NCBI GenBank assembly: GCA_005223125.1
Contig: NJBH01000005.1
Location: 32,001-96,000, forward strand
Reading direction: 5' to 3'
Origin: Promethearchaeota archaeon Loki_b32
GTDB taxonomy: Archaea > Asgardarchaeota > Lokiarchaeia > Sigyniarchaeales > SOKP01
DNA length: 64,000 bases
Below, piece by piece: positions 58,961 through 64,000 of the stretch (position 1 is the first letter of the stretch; every line of letters begins with the position of its first letter). Under the pieces are notes generated by a model that had not been told where the DNA came from, did not search any database, and worked only from the letters and a program-made list of their open reading frames with translations. Both the position numbers and the translations under genes were made by a program.

Positions 58961-60115
58961 TTAATCTATCATATGAAGGATATCTCTTAATATATGGTTA
59001 ATAGTTTGCTTTTTAGATTTGATAAGTTTTTGCATTCTTAGGAACTCAACAAGATCTGTTCTATTTAGCCACCACCTCAGGCTTAATAGATGACAAAAAA
59101 GTCCAAATTTCTTTCGACGTTCAGAAAATAACTGCTTTGATTCAAATTTTGCATCTCTGATTAATTCAAATTTTTGAATACTAAATTTTATATTTGGATT
59201 CGAAATAGATTGTGGATTCGATGACCATTCAAGGCATCCCCAAACTTCGCCAGTTCGGGAAAGTACGCTACAGGGATAAAACATTTTTTCTTTAGTAATT
59301 AAAACAGGACTCTTCCAAATCTTTTTTTCCATTGAAAGACCTTTATTAGTGTGCTGGAATTGAGTTTGAGATCGGATTTTACAAAGTGTACTATATATAA
59401 TATCTTCTTTATTTAAAGAATCCGGTAATAATCCTTCAATTGGATAATAAATCTGATTTTCATTCAAAAAATTATATTCAAGAATTTTATCGATCTTTTG
59501 TATAATTTCAGACATGTCTATTCCTAGATATTTCTTATTTTCGACAACAATTTTTCTTGCCTCGTCAAATTCCTTTCTTTTTTCGAATGACTGTTTAGAA
59601 TATAATAAAATAGCTAGATCTAAATTTTTTTTTTTTTTTAAGGCATACTGATAATCCCTATAATACTTAAATGTATTACGAAATTCTATATAACAAGGAT
59701 TTCCCCCCAATTCTAATTTATTTAAATTTTCAAAATTTTCAAAATTCCCAATTTCTTCTATAAGGTTACTTCTGAGATCCAATACTTCAAGCTGTGTGAG
59801 TTTTTCAAGTCCTTCAATTTTTTTTATATTATTTTTTTGCATCTGTAAAGTCTTAAGATTAGTACATCTTTCTAACCCTTTAATTTGTGTAATTTTATTT
59901 TGGGTTAAGTTAAGTTCCTGTAAATTCAGCAAATTTTCTAGACCTTTTATCTCAGATATTTGATTATTGTAAAGGTTTAATGATTGGAGATCAGTTAAGT
60001 TGTCGAGATTCTTGATTTCATCAATTTCTTTTATTTGTTTTGATTGCAATTTAAGCTTTAAAGAACCTTTTTTCCCTTTAACTTTATAATTTTTCCCCCT
60101 TATGTCTACAAACAT
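58961..60115 (-). CDS. SDS22-like leucine-rich repeat protein
   Basis: LxxLxLxxNxIxxIxGLE repeats with LGGNP cap, then an unknown domain. Confidence 0.88.
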   Translation of the reverse strand: MFVDIRGKNYKVKGKKGSLKLKLQSKQIKEIDEIKNLDNLTDLQSLNLYNNQISEIKGLENLLNLQELNLTQNKITQIKGLERCTNLKTLQMQKNNIKKIEGLEKLTQLEVLDLRSNLIEEIGNFENFENLNKLELGGNPCYIEFRNTFKYYRDYQYALKKKKNLDLAILLYSKQSFEKRKEFDEARKIVVENKKYLGIDMSEIIQKIDKILEYNFLNENQIYYPIEGLLPDSLNKEDIIYSTLCKIRSQTQFQHTNKGLSMEKKIWKSPVLITKEKMFYPCSVLSRTGEVWGCLEWSSNPQSISNPNIKFSIQKFELIRDAKFESKQLFSERRKKFGLFCHLLSLRWWLNRTDLVEFLRMQKLIKSKKQTINHILRDILHMID

Positions 60116-60184
60116 AATTTATCAACTCTCAAATTTTATTTTTTTTGTAATACTTTATATTTTTTGAACTGATACTATGAAATA

Positions 60185-60427
60185 CTAAATTTTCTTACCA
60201 CAAGTGGGACATTCGGTGATATCTATATTTATAGTTGTCATACATGCTGGACAAACTCTTTTCTCTAACATTGTCTCGTTAACTTTTATTTGAGACTTAT
60301 TTTTTTTCATTCCTCGAACAATAAGAATTATGATTCCAATAATTATCATTAAAAAACCTATTAATGCAGGTGTTAGGCTCTGAAGACTAAAACTATATCC
60401 AAAAATCCCTCCTACTGCTAAAAACAA
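60185..60427 (-). CDS. Small membrane protein with C-terminal zinc ribbon
   Basis: Hydrophobic segments, then CPAC...CPTC. Confidence 0.75.
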   Translation of the reverse strand: MFLAVGGIFGYSFSLQSLTPALIGFLMIIIGIIILIVRGMKKNKSQIKVNETMLEKRVCPACMTTINIDITECPTCGKKI

Positions 60428-61346
60428 TATTCCTGTACAAATTAGATAATATGGATTGGAATATTTATTGTATGATATAATGCAACACCTTGTATCTAAA
60501 TTTTAAATGTTTATCTTTTTTATGGCTAATTTTGACTCAAATATAAATTTTATCCTAATTATGATTTTTTCTTTAATTTGCTATACCCTTCTCATCTCAA
60601 ACAAACTATATTTCACCGCTCCAGACACGCCTCACTAACCCTCATGCCCTAAGCCTGAACTTCCCGTAATCAAGGCAATCGCGAAAAATATGTTCAAATC
60701 CTTAATAGGAATTAAGGAAAATTTTCATTAGAAAAACCAAAATTTTTCACTAAAATTCCTTCGAAATCAGACTCTGAATTTACCTTTTGTATATAACAGC
60801 AAGAATTTTAAAAATTTCAATTAAAAATTTTATTTTATAAACCTCGAATCGAAGTAAATTATTAATATTTTTCTCTGCGTTCTTGGAAAAATTCTTCAAA
60901 CTCTCTAAATTGTCCGTTTCTAGTATTCATTCTATGTTTTTTAAGCACTACCAATAAGACTTTTTCAATAAATCTTGTAAGTAATATTTTTTTTGGCTTA
61001 ATTGAAGGTTATTATGTTTTCAAATAAGATTATAAAAGTGTTGTACACACTTTTTTCATACATCTCATGTTTGTATTTTTCATAGGTACAGTTCCAGAGG
61101 GTGTCCATTTATGTTTTTAGGCTTCAGTCGACCTTGAGCTGTGCGAAAGGGAAAAACTTAAATAGGATATCTCTCTGACTCTATTTTTGAAAAATACATA
61201 ACAAAGGGGTGGTAAAAAGTGAAAAGCAACGGAATCAAAACCAAGAAAACAATTCAAAACAACCATATTGGATATATATGATCTGCGAAAAATCATTAAG
61301 AAAATATATAGTATGAAAAATTATATTTCAAAAATAAAAAAGAAAT

Positions 61347-61367
61347 AACGAGACACGAAATCTCGTT
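61347..61367 (+). terminator. Short perfect hairpin (possible terminator or processing stem)
   Basis: AACGAGA-cacgaaa-TCTCGTT. Confidence 0.35.
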
Positions 61368-61396
61368 TGTATCTTTGTAACTTTTAAACGAAACTC

Positions 61397-61849
61397 ATGA
61401 AAAATAATTCTGAGCCTTTTACTTGGATTGTTAAAAATAAAATGGCTGCTTCTTGGTGGCCAGATGCATCAGAAATTGAGATTTACAAAAGAGAAAAGAT
61501 TAAAATTATAATTAATTGTTCTGAATTTGATAATCGGAAAGAACTTTCAAAGGATTTTGAATATTTTCATATAAATATACCCGATTTTGGAACACCAACA
61601 AAATCTCAATTAGATAAATTCTTGGAAATTACTAGTAAGTATGGAGCTAATGGAGATCCTATAGTAGTCCACTGTGTAGCAGGTTGTGGAAGAACTGGTA
61701 TAATGATTGTTGTATGGGCTGCGTATAATGGATATATTCCAAAAGGGCTGGATCCAGTAAAATGGATTCGAAAACTTAGACCATGTTGCTTAGAAACAAA
61801 AGAACAAATGGATTTGGCACGCCAAATAGCTAGAAAGTATCAAAAATAA
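61397..61849 (+). CDS. Dual-specificity protein phosphatase (CDC14/DUSP23-like)
   Basis: IPDFGTP acid loop, VHCVAGCGRTG (CX5R), ETKEQ. Confidence 0.93.
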   Translation: MKNNSEPFTWIVKNKMAASWWPDASEIEIYKREKIKIIINCSEFDNRKELSKDFEYFHINIPDFGTPTKSQLDKFLEITSKYGANGDPIVVHCVAGCGRTGIMIVVWAAYNGYIPKGLDPVKWIRKLRPCCLETKEQMDLARQIARKYQK

Positions 61850-61927
61850 CGATAATGTAAAGTATTTAAGATTGAAATATATTTTATTATTAGGAATATG
61901 ATTTTTTGATTGTAAAATTACTTTGAA

Positions 61928-63103
61928 GTGTGGATGCTTATGCAAAAAATTGACTATATTTATATGATTACAGATAATATCTTGGTATATCAAATTAGTT
62001 TACCCGCGGAACTTAGAGGAAATCAAATGCAACAGCATCTAGATAAATATGATGAGAAATTTCTTAAAATTATTGCTGGTTTTGATAAGAATTTCTTAGA
62101 GCATTTCCTTATTATATCAAAGGGGAGAAATCCAGAAGAATTTACTGATATTCTTAAGAAAATGGAAAAGATATCTTTTATGATTGGTCCTACAGGGAAC
62201 TTAAATTATCTTACAACTAATCAAATACAGTATATCCTCACTAAATTAGGATCTCTAAATTTAAATGAAATTAAAGAAAAGATAATTAGCAAAATTGCAG
62301 ATGAACAGATTGAAAAGGAATTTGGAACATCACATAGTGCTACATCGGCTTTAGAACGACAACTCTCAAGTGCCGCATTTTATTTACAATCAATTGGATA
62401 TTCGAATCAAGAGATACAAGAAAAGTTTAATGAAGTAAGACAAGATCCTTCAAAATTGGATACCTTATTTACCTTACAATCTAAAGAAATTTATAGTATA
62501 CCTGCAGAAATCCAACCAAGAAGCACTCCACCCTCAAGATCTCAACAAAACTCAACTGCTCAATCTACCTCTATTGAGAGTGGTCCAGAAACTCAAAATG
62601 CGATTGAGCAACATGTCCGTTCAATTGAACATGAAATAACTGGAGAAAGAGCAAAGAAAGTACACGAAATTATGGAACTGATAAAAGCTCACGTTCGAGA
62701 AATCATGGATGATAGTTATGAGAGAGTCTTTAGGCAAATACATCCCGATAGGCTTAATAAAGCTTATAAAATGTTAAAAAATACAAAGAGAAAATCAAAA
62801 AGAATGAAACTTTATATGGAATGGTTTTTCTGCTCAGCTCTCTTATCTAAAATTGAACTAAAAGTAGAACATTGGCAAGTATCATCCCAAGCAGGTCATG
62901 GACAGACAGGAGTATACACTGCTGGGATCAGTTTTTCTCGATATGACAATATTATAAGAGATTTCCCAGATCCTAAATTGACTAAAGTCATAAATATAGA
63001 AAGAAGGATTCTCCAAAACCCAACTAAAACAGCGATTCAAAAGCTAGCAACAGATTTGGTAGCCGAAACAGGTTTTGACGAGCACCTTTATTTTACAGAT
63101 TGA
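61928..63103 (+). CDS. Hypothetical protein with S/T/Q-rich linker
   Basis: 391-aa ORF; start uncertain. Confidence 0.75.
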   Translation: MWMLMQKIDYIYMITDNILVYQISLPAELRGNQMQQHLDKYDEKFLKIIAGFDKNFLEHFLIISKGRNPEEFTDILKKMEKISFMIGPTGNLNYLTTNQIQYILTKLGSLNLNEIKEKIISKIADEQIEKEFGTSHSATSALERQLSSAAFYLQSIGYSNQEIQEKFNEVRQDPSKLDTLFTLQSKEIYSIPAEIQPRSTPPSRSQQNSTAQSTSIESGPETQNAIEQHVRSIEHEITGERAKKVHEIMELIKAHVREIMDDSYERVFRQIHPDRLNKAYKMLKNTKRKSKRMKLYMEWFFCSALLSKIELKVEHWQVSSQAGHGQTGVYTAGISFSRYDNIIRDFPDPKLTKVINIERRILQNPTKTAIQKLATDLVAETGFDEHLYFTD

Positions 63104-63208
63104 AATCTATATTTTATGACAAATAAAGCCTATTTTTAATTATGCTAACTTAATTAATTAGATTTCAAATTTTCATAACAGATGAGATGAGCGAAAATTC
63201 CTGATTTT

Positions 63209-64000
63209 ATGTATGATGATGTTGAATTATATTATATAAAGGAAGGAGAAGGTCAACCACTTGTATTAATTAGTGGATTAGGAAGTAAAATGAGTTGGAT
63301 TTTCCAAATTCCATTTTTCAAGGAAAAAATGATGGTGATAGCGCCACATAATCGTGGAGTTGGAAAGAGCTCACGACCTAATTATCTCTATACAATGGGT
63401 ATGTATTTAAGAGATATTAAAGAATTATTTGAACATTTAAACTTAAGAGAAAAAATTCACCTATGCGGACTTAGTATGGGGGGATAATTGCTCAAAATTA
63501 CGTTCTAAAATACCCTGATACCGTCAAAACATTGATATTATGTGCGACAACCTCTTACCATCCTGAAACTTCCGTGAAAGCGATTATTGAATCACAACAA
63601 CTTATGGAAAATTTCAACTTAGAACAAAAGTTAAGAGTAAGAATTGGTGTTCTATATTCAAGACCATTCCAGAAGAAATTAAGATCTGATAAAGAGTTGT
63701 ATCAAAAAATCAGACATAACTTTATTGAGGACCCTACAAGGTTACAAGATTGGATAAATCAATGTGCTGGAATAAAAAATCATGATACAAGAGATTCATT
63801 GCATAAAATTCAGCAACCAACATTAATTTTGGCAGGTGATGAGGATAAAATTATGGTTGGATTGGAACATTCAGAATTAATGCATGAGAAAATTCCCAAT
63901 TCAAAACTTGAAATTATTAAAAATGTCGGTCATAGATTTGTAGATGAAGAGCCAGAAAAAGTAAATAATCTAATCTGGGATTTCATTAAAGAAAATATGG
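63209..64000 (+). pseudogene. Alpha/beta hydrolase, frameshifted in a G6 run (63478-63483), running off the window
   Basis: GLSMGG, then one added G restores IIAQNYVLKYPDTVKTLILCAT...PTLILAGDED...VGH. Confidence 0.85.

Noticed and set aside
60608-60630. Minus-strand GAGCGGTGAAAT resembling a 16S rRNA motif
   Set aside because: Only about 11 nt match and the flanks are not rRNA-like.

Overview
Very AT-rich archaeal chromosomal segment, most likely from an Asgard archaeon of Lokiarchaeia type. This is inferred from the archaeal histone, Lsm, archaeal-type LeuRS, ThiDN, roadblock-small GTPase fusions, a RING-H2 protein and an expanded family of multi-PAS histidine kinases. The window holds housekeeping and metabolic genes (thiolase-family protein, leuS, class III aminotransferase, acetoacetate-CoA ligase, ACD alpha, glycerate kinase, AOR/MoaD, thiC/thiDN). 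It also holds four PAS histidine kinases with no response regulator, a five-gene RimJ/RimL GNAT array, several eukaryote-like proteins and several broken genes or remnants. The main observations the ORF track misses or does not explain are: (1) a probably leaderless, Leu-rich upstream ORF followed by alternative stems and a U-tract directly before leuS, a candidate leucine-sensing leader-peptide attenuator; (2) a tRNA-Arg(CCT) with a 30-nt BHB intron at the non-canonical T-loop position 58/59; (3) a tandem pair of roadblock-GTPase-pseudoGTPase genes divergent from a RING-TPR gene; (4) a longin-like / BBS2-like propeller / beta-sandwich cluster. No CRISPR array, rRNA or transposase was recognised. 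All calls come from motif reading by eye; no searches were run.
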